Below are positions 42,901-50,366 of a stretch of DNA of 64,000 nucleotides, piece by piece. The position numbers and the translations under genes were made by a program. Where the stretch lies: the NCBI GenBank assembly GCA_963776345.1, contig CAVZMH010000003.1, forward strand, positions 64,001-128,000, written 5' to 3'. Source of the DNA: an uncultured delta proteobacterium. Its GTDB lineage: Bacteria; Myxococcota; Myxococcia; Myxococcales; Myxococcaceae. Positions within the stretch are counted from its first letter, which is position 1, and every line of letters begins with the position of its first letter. The notes beneath the pieces were generated by a model, which saw only the letters and a list, made by a program, of their open reading frames with translations, was not told where the DNA came from and searched no databases.

Positions 42901-43228
42901 GGAGCGCCAGGCGCTGGAATCGGTGATGACCGAGCCGTTCCGGGCGGCCCTGGCCCGGTTGGTCCCCGAGGTGCTGCGCCGGTCCGAGGGCGACCCGGTC
43001 CGGGAATACCTGGAGGGGGCAGAGCTGACCGGGGTCCGCTGTGCGCTGTTCACCGCGGGCGACCTCGAGGCGGTGAAGAAGCTCGTCCAGGGTGAAACCG
43101 GCTCCAGCTATCGCGTCGCGGGCAAGGTGAAGATCCGCGAGCTGATGACCTTCGCGGTCTCCGAGGACCTCGCCGCGCTCCGGATGGCGGTGGGAACCAA
43201 CGTCGAGGTCCCCACCCGGAAGTCCTGA
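33941..43228 (+). CDS. gltI: Giant TPR gliding motility protein GltI/AgmK
   Basis: 3095 aa of TPR-like helical repeats directly upstream of gltJ; GGGAGG before TTG 33941. Confidence 0.8.
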   Translation: MGTGADSVKAYSAVLHKKPNDAEALAALEALLKDETVRAEAARALIPAYEAVKEHRKLVAALDLVAEMTQDQLERVLALQQAAHVHLHHLRQPELAFAALSRALRLSPADPNLRTAARRAAEDADAMDGFANVLKELVGRPDVEPPARVALHRELADVQEKKLDDRRGAIGQLEAVLALEPGNGDALRALQRLLRATDDWHRLVPVLDTLAGVVPDPAERLALLREMALLLEGKLEDREAAAAAWRRVSEADPLNREAVSALDRLYTALGKFENLAFALELRRAQEGQSPQGREATFRLAQLRRDKLQDFGGALQLLGQVLSEDPGHTATVDLLEAWARSHDPDSRSALETLDPVLTRSGQHARRVAIREARMADALTDEKIRLSQEIRSIQERDMGQPQRAFVAAGQAFAANVDRAGSRADLERLARVTGSYEELADVYEQVAAGNRGADPDKIACLRRAAELREHLAQSDEAIKDWQALLADAPQDRQALDALGKLFEHTKNAKQLSDVTLRKAQLAADPHERRTLLLKAGEALEAAADDARAIDAYKEALALRRGADGLEALDRLYARGRRFEEQADVLSQLAASTTGEVQKAHLLRRAQLLEREKELPAAVEGYARLLAVAPTEPNAVAGLERLMELPDVRPDAARLLEPVYRSLNDVRHLVEVLEIRLAGASPQDRLPLLEEIANLRETLGEKDLAFAARARSFSEVPESPEAREQLERLAAETGAFEELAAAYQDQLERGVTNATSTELWRRLAVLWSERLDRMDLAVRAYEELARREPRNVAVLESLARIHTRAGEARELAAVMKRMVMAEPSPPKQIDLLFRLGTLAEETLSDKQLAAQCYGEILARKPDDEDAIKFLGKVLTESERWPELASLIVREIQLADSSGRHEEMYDLMVRLGRLRIARLRDPRGGLDIFEDVLRRKQGHAGAIGALEEMARSDSPLRGEAAEALEPIFTSGGDHLRLVQMLESRASTEPVAEERAALLRKVAKLYAGPMQNGDLAFVSASRALRELPDEEASLSLVVALAERASHGGEELASLLEEILPRASEDAARVAILRALGKAQEKLGHQAEAIDAWRRVLEVAPSDGEAMGFLVRLYQAAGRAPELLEIYKRQLSISEEPAVRAALLFQIAGLQDSAVHDTVGAMATLRRLLELKPDDAQALEKLDALCEKQERWPELADVIGRRLALPGGDLDLDLRLRLAVVRETRLHDKIGALELYGQILSAQPKHPGALAQLEAWAKREPQNKPLVEVLLGAYRVTGEQAKLAGLLELRVGASPDPFERRQLLIELAGLHEAGHDPAGVFGALARAFQEDPNDAALRARLGKAADAARAHEALAHLYEEELPRIAETKDAAAALLELGGLYEQHLSNPARAIEVLERARTLDAATSLPALTALSRLYGQAGRSDRLVESLDELEKLTPDGNERVQILFRLGQVAQDELEDEPRAADAFERLLAIDKTHLPAARLLESIYERSGTPDRLFNVLRIQRDLTSGPERERILAKMVKVSAEGLADLEASIELYSELFKKNPKSDQAFGALEQALEKAGRWEDLRALLAGKIPQTADPRELVRLNEKLGVVLYRQLGRAEEAIAPLRTALERDARNRNALETLRDIDEQLGRREELVAVLRRLIPLQEAPEGVKALRIRLAEVLGEMSRREEALDAARRSLEIEPHTVADLDRVGKLFLGLRAFGDAVRALELKAEVWQLLEEKDGVIAALFEIAEVWIGQAGKPEQAAPILERVLEFDPANRNAYERVLSLYSDAGDWRAYAQAVDRYLPNLVTDEDKIKALRELGRIREQKLGQKDGAFLALCRALQLDASDDSLREDVERLAQETGSFEELAAVYEQVADELPKGPLAERLYLVLARVQDRNLDDPGEAEAALRKILEFDPTNASALDAMAQMFGRRGRDRELIVSLEQKLEAAPSIEARKTILREVARIHLERLKDPEEAANALIRALELEADVETLAELARLYREQHMWGDLAATLARTRDLLPTAEERARMQVQVAEVQEREIGDEEAAVEAYREALALDPRNKEALEALERLYTRLDRPADLLAIYERQLELTEDYREKVKILFHSAAIWEDRYQNAANADACIDGVLALDPTSLQAIKALERLRRAQGRWEDLVGVLERHIQLATDTQEQADIMVEAGEVLRTHLHQTDKAADAFQAALQVFPGHTPALHALGTLYERSGNWPFALEMLHQEAQELGRDPRAVEVLHRMGKINEDMLQDVSSAKACYAEALRIDPDYLPSLQAVRGIYENEQDWDSYEQTLVAEARATDEASAKARAYLAIARYHSERREDPDSAMHWYEEAIKLDPELADAALPLSDIYLARERWEPAEQMLEVVIRSFKGRLATEQDDALSKDLCRQVYRMGYVQEKLGRRDRALAAYEEAYQLDATYLPALEGYGNLLVQSGRHDQALKVFQTILIHHREDLTDLEIVELYWQIGEVHIALKQHDRAQNHFEKALAIDPGHEPSLRALIQLADGAGRWDRSAEYRQALVGVLEGEPKAEAALELGQLARDRLRDPHTAIDAYAQALRIRPQSLEVMDALYVLYRETRQPGKAAEVLETMLGQPELQADAQRAKRVWFALGESLRDELRDTGRAVEAFNAALDLDPQFLEAFGAIEAMLGAAKEWKQLEENYARMIQRLPKTDETEPARMALWRALGDLYLQVLKQPESALMAYQVSAAGLPDDAPVQETYAELLLQSSGNEEKAVQALRLALAHTQNPKKVASQLAELAARRKDYDGAWLAAQVVAGLLGDPGPAEKEIISKLGPYAKKRETPRATLNDRSWAQHLLHPRVRTPFAELMGLLFQGAGQLSAVPLAQAQLVPKKHRIDVATAQEYQIHHYRAVARLLGLEAVELFSPFLVATRDKLAKRSMEPAPDPLLAVEIVHAHPVCLKVGGKFFGDPQAKDTHAQLGRTLALLRPELIFASRFSPERLAAVFQGAVLLAGFQMRWTAQAGAIEAERQALESVMTEPFRAALARLVPEVLRRSEGDPVREYLEGAELTGVRCALFTAGDLEAVKKLVQGETGSSYRVAGKVKIRELMTFAVSEDLAALRMAVGTNVEVPTRKS

Positions 43229-43305
43229 GCGCCTCCTCGTGCGTTCCTTGACCAGGCCGGGGGGCGACCTCTACGCTCGTCGGCTGGGCAACCCCGCCAA
43301 CTTCC

Positions 43306-45078
43306 ATGCGCTTCGTCTGCGACAGCTGCCGCGCTCAGTACATGATTCCCGACGAAAAGGTCGGGGAACGGGGGGTCAAGGTCCGTTGCAAGAAGTGCGG
43401 GAACGTCATCGTCGTCCGCCGTCCGTCGGACGCGGCGAGCGAGGCGGACGCCGCGCTGCGAGGGCTGGAGGAGCAGGCCCCGCCCGCCGCGGGTCCCGAG
43501 ACGCCCTCCGGGGAGACCTCCATCTTCAGCGACGTCGACGATGCGGAGATTGGCGCGGCGTTCGAGAGCGCGCTCGGCGAGCGGCAGGAGGAGCCACCGC
43601 CGCCGGAGCCCGATGAGTCGCACGACCAGGTGGAGGCGAACCTGCCGCCGCTCAGCGACGGGCCTCCCCGGCCGCTCGACTGGTACGTGGCCATCGACGA
43701 GAAGCAGACCGGCCCGCTGACCCCGGAGGCGATCAAGGACCACTGGGATCGCGGGGAAATCGGGCCCGACAGCCTGACCTGGCGCCAGGGCTTCGAGGAC
43801 TGGGTGCCGCTGTCCGAGGTCTCCGAGCTCGCGGCCTGGCTCGCTCCGCGTCCGCAGCGGCCGGTGTTCTCGCCGACGTCGGCGACCTCCGGCCCGGTGC
43901 CGGTGGTGCCGGTGCCGGTGGAGTCGGCGTTCAGCGCCGGGGGGATGATGCGCACGGTCCGGTCCGAGGTGCCCACCCCGGTGCCGGACGCGGGCGGCTG
44001 GAAGCCCTCGGCGTCGGCCGCGCTGGCCAGCCTGGTCAAGGAGGAGATCGACGCGCTCTCCAGGCCCGACGCTCCGCCGCCTGCGCCCGAGCCGGTCGCC
44101 TCCCCGCGGGGGCTGCTCGAGGTGCCGCCTCCGACCGGTGAGATCCCGGCGTCGAGCGTGAACGGCCGACCTTCCCGCGCCGAGGCACGGACGCCGGTCA
44201 CCGCGGTGGAGCGGCCGCCCACCTTCACCCCGGCGTATCCCTACGCCACGCGCCCGGTGAAGCCCGAGGGCAACAAGGGGGTCCTCATCGGGATCGGGGT
44301 GGCGGTCGCGGTGGTGCTCGCCGCGGTGGGCGGTGGTGGCTGGTACCTGCTCCAGCGCCAGAAGGCCGCCGAGCTCGCCGCCCGCCAGGGACCGCCCCAG
44401 GTGGAGCCGCCGAGGACGGTGACCCCGCCACCGGCGCAGCCGCCGCAGGTCGCCCAGCCGCCGCCGGCCACCGCCACCCCGCCGGCCACCACCTCCCTGA
44501 CCCCTCCGGTCCCCCCCCCGGTGGCGAAGGTCACCCCCGCGGTGCCGCCCGGCGAGTCCACCGGGACGCGGCGCGGCGGCAGCCGTGGCTCCCGGTCCCA
44601 CAAGTCGGGCGGTGGCGAGGAGGTCGCGTCCGCCGACTCGCCGAAGAGCTCGGGCGGTAACAAGAACAAGGCGGACGACCTCTTCGACGAGGTCTTCGGC
44701 ACCGGCGGCGGCTCCAAGTCCGACGAGAGCAAGGGCAGCAAGAAGTCCGCCTACGTCCCGCCCGCGCCTGGCGCGTCCAGCACCGACGTGCCGGACCGGC
44801 TCCCCAAGGGCGACATCATGTCGGTGGTGCTGGCGAACAAGCCGTCGATCGTGCGCTGCGTGAACGAGCAGAAGGCACGCGACTCCAACCTGCACGGCAC
44901 GCTGGTGATGCACTGGGTCATCCAGACCTCGGGGAAGACCGCCTCGGTCAACGCGGTCACTGACCAGTTCAGGTCGTCCTACATGGCCACCTGTCTCACC
45001 GGTCTGGTGAAGTCCTGGAACTTCCCCAAGCACAAGTACCAGCCGGGCGAGCCGGTGGACTTTCCCTTCACCTTCTAG
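43306..45078 (+). CDS. gltJ: Gliding motility protein GltJ/AgmX (zinc ribbon, GYF_2, TM, TonB-C-like)
   Basis: MRFVCDSCRAQYMI..VRCKKCG; WYVAI..QTGP..WRQGFEDW; TM; C-terminal FPKH..VDFPFTF. Confidence 0.9.
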   Translation: MRFVCDSCRAQYMIPDEKVGERGVKVRCKKCGNVIVVRRPSDAASEADAALRGLEEQAPPAAGPETPSGETSIFSDVDDAEIGAAFESALGERQEEPPPPEPDESHDQVEANLPPLSDGPPRPLDWYVAIDEKQTGPLTPEAIKDHWDRGEIGPDSLTWRQGFEDWVPLSEVSELAAWLAPRPQRPVFSPTSATSGPVPVVPVPVESAFSAGGMMRTVRSEVPTPVPDAGGWKPSASAALASLVKEEIDALSRPDAPPPAPEPVASPRGLLEVPPPTGEIPASSVNGRPSRAEARTPVTAVERPPTFTPAYPYATRPVKPEGNKGVLIGIGVAVAVVLAAVGGGGWYLLQRQKAAELAARQGPPQVEPPRTVTPPPAQPPQVAQPPPATATPPATTSLTPPVPPPVAKVTPAVPPGESTGTRRGGSRGSRSHKSGGGEEVASADSPKSSGGNKNKADDLFDEVFGTGGGSKSDESKGSKKSAYVPPAPGASSTDVPDRLPKGDIMSVVLANKPSIVRCVNEQKARDSNLHGTLVMHWVIQTSGKTASVNAVTDQFRSSYMATCLTGLVKSWNFPKHKYQPGEPVDFPFTF

Positions 45079-45103
45079 GTTGGTAAGGGCGCGCCGCCCC
45101 CCA

Positions 45104-46219
45104 ATGCGCCTCCCGATCGAGCCCAAGCTCCCGGATCTTCCCGTCCGCTCCGTGGCCGAGATGGGCCTCAAGGAGCTGGAGCGGGTACGCCTCATCCTCC
45201 GGGGGGGCTCGGTCGTCGACTGGCGCCGGTTGCACTTCCGGAACCGGGACGAGGTGGACCGCTTCCTCCGTCTGTGCGGGGTGGACCTGACGCACCACGC
45301 GGACGAGACCTGGGCGCGGCTGGTGCTGTCGGACGCGGTGGAGTACCTGCGCCGGACCTTCTCCTACCGGGTGGCGGATGCAGTGGCGCAGCCGGCGGAG
45401 ATCCACGACCTGTTCCTCTACGCCTCGGGGGTGAAGGAGCCGCACCGGTTCCGGCGGATCGCCTGCATCGTGCTGAAGGTCATGCACGTGGTGCAGCACA
45501 TCGAGGGGCGGGATCTCCTGTTCCGCCTGGCCGTCTCGGAGGCGGACCTCTCGCGGATGGCGACCGCCAAGGTGAACGGGGTGCTGGCGGAGGCGCGGGA
45601 AAAGGGGCTCCCGATCCTCGACTACAGCCCCTCGGTGAAGACCCGCGAGTCGCTGATCACCAAGCTGCTGGCGAAGAAGGAGACCGTGGCGGCGCAGGTC
45701 TACGACAAGACGCGCTTCCGGATCGTCACCCCGACGCGGGCGGACATCCTCCCGGTGCTCTACTTCCTGACCCAGCGCCTGTTCCCCTTCAACTTCGTGG
45801 TTCCGGGGCAGACCGAGAACACGCTGCTCCCCTTCAAGTCGCTCCTGCGTGAGTTCCCGCACTTCCGCGCCCACGCCCACGAGCTCCACCTCGATCCGGA
45901 CTTCGAGGACCGCGAGGGCGCGGGCGGCAACGAGTTCAGCGGGAGCGGGTACAAGGTGCTCAACTTCGTGGTGGACGTGCCGCTCCGGCTCGACGAGTGG
46001 CTGCCGCCCCCGGAGCTGGACCGCCGCGAGCGGAAGGGCCGGATCGGCTACACCCTGGTCGAGTTCCAGATGCTGGACGTGCATACCGCCGAGCTGAACG
46101 AGCGGGGCGAGAACGCCCACGCCCGGTACAAACACCGGCAGAAGCTCCGCGTCTTGCGGCGTCTGTCGCGCGGCCTGGTGGTACCCCGCGGCGAGGACCC
46201 GCCCGGCGAGGCCGAGTAG
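45104..46219 (+). CDS. TIGR04552-like conserved myxobacterial protein with RelA/SpoT synthetase-like motifs
   Basis: LILRGGSVVDWRRL, KTRESLITKLLAK, YDKTRFRIV, NEFSGSGYKVLNF, VEFQ, HARYK. Confidence 0.75.
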   Translation: MRLPIEPKLPDLPVRSVAEMGLKELERVRLILRGGSVVDWRRLHFRNRDEVDRFLRLCGVDLTHHADETWARLVLSDAVEYLRRTFSYRVADAVAQPAEIHDLFLYASGVKEPHRFRRIACIVLKVMHVVQHIEGRDLLFRLAVSEADLSRMATAKVNGVLAEAREKGLPILDYSPSVKTRESLITKLLAKKETVAAQVYDKTRFRIVTPTRADILPVLYFLTQRLFPFNFVVPGQTENTLLPFKSLLREFPHFRAHAHELHLDPDFEDREGAGGNEFSGSGYKVLNFVVDVPLRLDEWLPPPELDRRERKGRIGYTLVEFQMLDVHTAELNERGENAHARYKHRQKLRVLRRLSRGLVVPRGEDPPGEAE

Positions 46220-46236
46220 GGCAGGGCGCCCAGCGC

Positions 46237-47868
46237 CTAGCGGCGCTTCCGGTTCTTCTTCCGCGCCTGCCGCTCGCGCTTCCGCTTGTCCTTGAGCGCG
46301 TCGCGGTCCACCGGCTTGCTCATCGGAGCGTCCGAGTAGCCCATCAGCCGGGCCCGGGCCATCGCCGCCTGTCCCATGGGCGCGGAGTAGCCGGGAGCGA
46401 CCTGGGGGATCTGCATCGGCATGCCCCCGCCGCCGAGGGCCTGCTCCATCATCTTCGCGTCCTTCCCGAAGACCTGGGAGAGGTCCATGTTCTTCATTCG
46501 CGACAGCTGCCCCAGTTGCTTGAAGCCGGGGATGCGGCCGAGGAGCCCGGGGTTCTGGCCCACCGCGCCCATCACCTGCTGCATCATCTGGTGCTTCCCG
46601 AGCAGCTCCTGGACCTCCTGCTTCTTCCGTCCGGAGCCGCGGGCGATGCGCGCCATCCGGCTGTCGTCGATCAGCGTCGGGCGGAGCCGCTCGGTCTCGG
46701 TCATCGAGTCGTACATCGCCTCGATCTTCCCGAGCTCCTTCTCGTCCGGGTTCAGCTGCTCGGTCATCTCGCCGAAGATGGGGAACTTCTCCAGCAGGTC
46801 CTTGAGCGGGCCCATCTTCCGCACGGTGCGGATCTGCTCGACGAAGTCCTTCATCGAGAAGCTGCCCGAGAGGAGCTTCTTCGCGTCCTCCTCGGCCTTC
46901 TTCTCGTCGACGACCTGCTCGAAGTCCTGCACCAGGCCGACGATGTCGCCGAAGCCCAGGATGCGGCTGGCGAGCCCATCGGGCCGGAACTCCTCGAGCT
47001 TGTCCAGCGACTCGCCCATGCCCAGGAACTTGATGGGCTTGCCGGTGACCTCCTTGATCGACAGCGCCGCGCCGCCGCGGGCGTCGCCGTCGAGCTTGGT
47101 GAGGATGAACCCGTCGAGCGCGAGCCGCCGGTCGAACTCCGCCGCGGTCCGCACTGCGTCCTGGCCGATCATCGCGTCGCAGACCAGCAAGATGTCGTCC
47201 GGCTGGACCGCGGCCTTGATGAGGTTCAGCTCGTTCATCAGCTGCTCGTCGATGGCCAGCCGGCCGGCGGTGTCCACCAGCACCACATCGCACTTCTGCG
47301 CCCGGGCGGCCTCCACGCCCTTCACCGCCAGGTCCGGGGGCAGGGTGTCCGGCTGGAAGAACACCGGCACGCCCAGCCGCTCACCGAGGATCTGGAGCTG
47401 GTCCACCGCGGCGGGGCGGTAGATGTCCGCGGCGACCAGCAGCGGCCGCTTGCCCTTCTTCTGGAGGTGGCTGGCCAGCTTTCCGACGGTGGTGGTCTTC
47501 CCCGAGCCCTGGAGGCCGACCAGCATCATCGTGGTCACCCCGCCCTTGGGCTTGAACTTCAGCGAGGTGTCCACGGGGCCCATCAGGGCCTCGAGCTCGT
47601 CGTGGCAGATCTTGATGAAGTGGTCGCCGCCCGAGAGCTTGTGCTTGCGGCCCTTCTTGTCGGTGACGGTGGTCTCGACGGTCGCGCCGACGGCCTTCTC
47701 CCGGACGCGGGCGACGAAGGACTTCACGACGTCGAAGGCGACGTCCGCCTCGAGGAGCGAGACGCGGATGTCGCGAAGCGACTCGTCGACGAGCTCGGGG
47801 GTGATCTCCTGCCTCCCGGCGAGCCGGTTCCTGGCCGCCCGGAAGCCCTTGGTGACGGTTTCCAGCAT
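46237..47868 (-). CDS. ffh: Signal recognition particle protein Ffh
   Basis: GLQGSGKTT, DIYRPAA, DTAGR, TKLDGDARGGAALS, Met-rich M domain with RIARGSG. Confidence 0.95.
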   Translation of the reverse strand: MLETVTKGFRAARNRLAGRQEITPELVDESLRDIRVSLLEADVAFDVVKSFVARVREKAVGATVETTVTDKKGRKHKLSGGDHFIKICHDELEALMGPVDTSLKFKPKGGVTTMMLVGLQGSGKTTTVGKLASHLQKKGKRPLLVAADIYRPAAVDQLQILGERLGVPVFFQPDTLPPDLAVKGVEAARAQKCDVVLVDTAGRLAIDEQLMNELNLIKAAVQPDDILLVCDAMIGQDAVRTAAEFDRRLALDGFILTKLDGDARGGAALSIKEVTGKPIKFLGMGESLDKLEEFRPDGLASRILGFGDIVGLVQDFEQVVDEKKAEEDAKKLLSGSFSMKDFVEQIRTVRKMGPLKDLLEKFPIFGEMTEQLNPDEKELGKIEAMYDSMTETERLRPTLIDDSRMARIARGSGRKKQEVQELLGKHQMMQQVMGAVGQNPGLLGRIPGFKQLGQLSRMKNMDLSQVFGKDAKMMEQALGGGGMPMQIPQVAPGYSAPMGQAAMARARLMGYSDAPMSKPVDRDALKDKRKRERQARKKNRKRR

Positions 47869-47984
47869 GGGGGGAATCGTCTTTAGCACCGGCCCCGGCC
47901 CGGTGGGGTCCCGCCGAGTCCTCCTTGCGTGCCCCCCACCCGACCGGGTGACATCGCCCATGGGGACGGATCCGAGGAGGGTGC

Positions 47985-48632
47985 ATGCGGAGATGGCTGC
48001 TGCTGGGTGGAGTCCTGCTGCTCGCGGTGCCCGCGCGCGCGGAGGACAGCCCGGATGACGACCCGGCGAAGTTCCGGGTGGGCGTCAACCTCGGCATCGT
48101 CAGCATCCCGCGGTTGATCAACGTCGAGGGCTACGCCCGGGTCCACCCGTACATCGGCATCAGCGGCGGCTGGAGCACCTTCCCCAAGTTCGCCTCGGAC
48201 GCGGTGCTGAAGTGGGCCGGCGCGAAGAGCGACACCACCGATGCCAACCTCAACCAGTTCTCGGCGTGGGAGGTCGCGCTCCGCGTCTACCCGATGCGCG
48301 GAGTCTTCTTCCTCGGGGTGGGCTTCGGGCAACAGGTCGTGGACGGAGACGTGACCGAGCTGCAGGCGGGCGTCCCCTTCGGAGCGACCGCGCTCGCCCG
48401 GGTGGAGAGCTGGGTCATCACCCCGCGGATCGGCTGGCAGTGGGTGTGGCGCAGCGGGTTCGCGATGGGAGTCGACCTGGGCGTCCAGTTCGTCCTGAGC
48501 CACAAGGACACCCTGGTGGTGCCGCCCGGAACCCCGGCGGACGTGGAGCAGGACGCCCGCGATCTCATCGACTTCGGCGCGAGCAAGCCGCTGCCGGTGA
48601 TCAACTTCCGCATCGGCTACCACTTCGGATAG
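47985..48632 (+). CDS. Exported probable small outer-membrane beta-barrel protein
   Basis: Signal peptide ending ARA; amphipathic strands; ends FRIGYHFG. Confidence 0.65.
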   Translation: MRRWLLLGGVLLLAVPARAEDSPDDDPAKFRVGVNLGIVSIPRLINVEGYARVHPYIGISGGWSTFPKFASDAVLKWAGAKSDTTDANLNQFSAWEVALRVYPMRGVFFLGVGFGQQVVDGDVTELQAGVPFGATALARVESWVITPRIGWQWVWRSGFAMGVDLGVQFVLSHKDTLVVPPGTPADVEQDARDLIDFGASKPLPVINFRIGYHFG

Positions 48633-48647
48633 CGCGGGGCCCGGGCG

Positions 48648-49241
48648 CTACGCCGTGGACATCAGCAGCGCCATGAGGATTCCGATGTTGATCGGCTGCC
48701 ACTCGAGGATGGTGGAGGGGAACTGGACGGTCACCGGGCTGATTCCACCGGCGCAGGACCGCGAGCCCACGTAGACCTCGCCGGAGCGCTTCAGGTCGTA
48801 GGCGCAGAACCCGATCTTCCCCTCGATGCGCTCGCCCGAGGCAGTCCAGCTGGACGTCCGTCCGGCGACCAGCCCGTTCATCTTCAGCTGTCCGCCCTCC
48901 TCGGCGACGTCGAGGGTCAGCGGCCCGGGCCCCCAGGTGCCCTGCGCGCGATTCCCGGAGACCGTGAGGTTGATCACCTGGCCCGAGGCCTTCCCCCGGA
49001 TGGCCTTGCCGTCCTCGTAGCGGCCCAGGTTGATCTGCGGACCCTGCGCTCCCTCACGGCTGATGAGCGCCGAGGTCTGGAAGCCAGAGCCGGTCATGGT
49101 GAAGCGCTGTTCCGGGCCCGTGGTCGCGGTCTGGAGCGTCGGCTTTCCAGCCGAGGCGCACGCGGCCACCACCAGGACGAGCGCCGGGGCGAATCCCCGG
49201 CCTGCGGGCCGCGGTTGCTGCTCGATGCGGAGGAACGGCAT
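48648..49241 (-). CDS. Uncharacterised lipoprotein
   Basis: LVLVVAAC lipobox; beta-rich sequence with a Cys pair. Confidence 0.6.
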   Translation of the reverse strand: MPFLRIEQQPRPAGRGFAPALVLVVAACASAGKPTLQTATTGPEQRFTMTGSGFQTSALISREGAQGPQINLGRYEDGKAIRGKASGQVINLTVSGNRAQGTWGPGPLTLDVAEEGGQLKMNGLVAGRTSSWTASGERIEGKIGFCAYDLKRSGEVYVGSRSCAGGISPVTVQFPSTILEWQPINIGILMALLMSTA

Positions 49242-49334
49242 GACCAGCCTCGCTTCCGACGTCGGACTCCCCTCGGCGCGACCATAGCCCGGACGCGCGG
49301 TCCAGGGCCGGGTAGTGTCCCCTGGAGGCCCCAG

Positions 49335-49420
49335 GCTCGGGTGGCGGAACCGGTAGACGCAGCGGACTTAAAATCCGCGAGCCCCCACGGGCTGTGAGGG
49401 TTCGACCCCCTCCCCGAGCA
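49335..49420 (+). tRNA. tRNA-Leu, anticodon TAA
   Basis: Acceptor stem GCTCGGG/CCCGAGC plus A; anticodon arm GCGGA-CTTAAAA-TCCGC; long variable arm; GGTTCGACCC T-arm; CCA not encoded. Confidence 0.95.
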
Positions 49421-49561
49421 CAGCGCGGCCTCGTTCACCGAGTCGCCTTCGGCGCCCCCTCCCGTGTGCAGTGTGGTTGCGTCTTCGGGGTACCGGGCGA
49501 GGCCCCCCCCGCCGGCCGGTGGGAGAGACTCCCGGTCGGGAGGCGCTGCGTCGCAGCATCA

Positions 49562-49605
49562 TTGAATACTTGCTCGCTCAACGAATCGAATCGTTGACAG
49601 ACAAT
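49562..49605 (+). promoter_or_regulatory. AT-rich promoter/operator region: TCAACGA-N6-TCGTTGA inverted repeat overlapping TTGACA
   Basis: Inverted repeat 49578-49597; consensus -35 TTGACA at 49594-49599; upstream of the respiratory region. Confidence 0.5.
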
Positions 49606-49664
49606 CGTCGGGGATCCGAGTGTTGCGGCTTCTCGTCGCTCACTCCCGGACCTGGAGCCTGCCC

Positions 49665-50366
49665 ATGCGAAATGCAGTCCTGATTGCAGCCGTCGCCCTC
49701 GCCACCGTCGCTCGCGCCGAGTACACCGAGGCGGCAGTCACCAACGGCGGAACGATCAGCGGTCGCGTCACCTACGACGGCACGCCACCGAAGCCCGAGA
49801 AGGTCACCGTCACCCAGGATCCCGGGACCTGCGGGACGTCGCGCGAGCTCGACGAGTGGCAGGTCTCCTCGTCAGGAGGGGTGAAGGACACGGTCGTCTA
49901 CCTGGTGGACATCAAGAGCGGGAAGAAGATGGACCTCCCGAGCAAGCCGACCCTCGACCAGAAGGGCTGCCGCTACGACCCGCACATGCAGATCATCGGT
50001 CAGAACGCGGACCTGCAGGTCAAGAACAGCGACCCGATCCTCCACAACATCCACTCGTACCAGGAGGGCCGGACCATCCTGAACCTCGCCGAGCCCAAGC
50101 AGGGGATGGTGGTGGAGAAGAAGATGAAGAAGTCTGGCGGTCAGTCGCTGAAGTGCGACGTCCACAACTTCATGCGCGGCGGGCTCTTCGTGGCGGAGAA
50201 TCCCTACGCGGTGGTCACTGACGCCGACGGCAAGTACGAGATCAAGGACGTCCCCCCCGGCACGTACCAGATCGCCGCCTTCCACGAGGTCGCCGGGACC
50301 AAGATGGGCACGGTCACCGTCCCCGCCGGGGGGAAGGCGTCCTACGACGCGAAGATCAAGAAGTGA
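49665..50366 (+). CDS. Periplasmic cupredoxin-like / carboxypeptidase-regulatory-like domain protein
   Basis: Signal peptide ending ARA; GTISGRV; LDQKGCRYDPH; NSDPILHNIH; KCDVHNFM; DVPPGTY. Confidence 0.75.
   Translation: MRNAVLIAAVALATVARAEYTEAAVTNGGTISGRVTYDGTPPKPEKVTVTQDPGTCGTSRELDEWQVSSSGGVKDTVVYLVDIKSGKKMDLPSKPTLDQKGCRYDPHMQIIGQNADLQVKNSDPILHNIHSYQEGRTILNLAEPKQGMVVEKKMKKSGGQSLKCDVHNFMRGGLFVAENPYAVVTDADGKYEIKDVPPGTYQIAAFHEVAGTKMGTVTVPAGGKASYDAKIKK

Noticed and set aside
49562..49582. FNR box upstream of the respiratory region
   Set aside because: TTG...TCAA half-sites do not match TTGAT-N4-ATCAA in sequence or spacing
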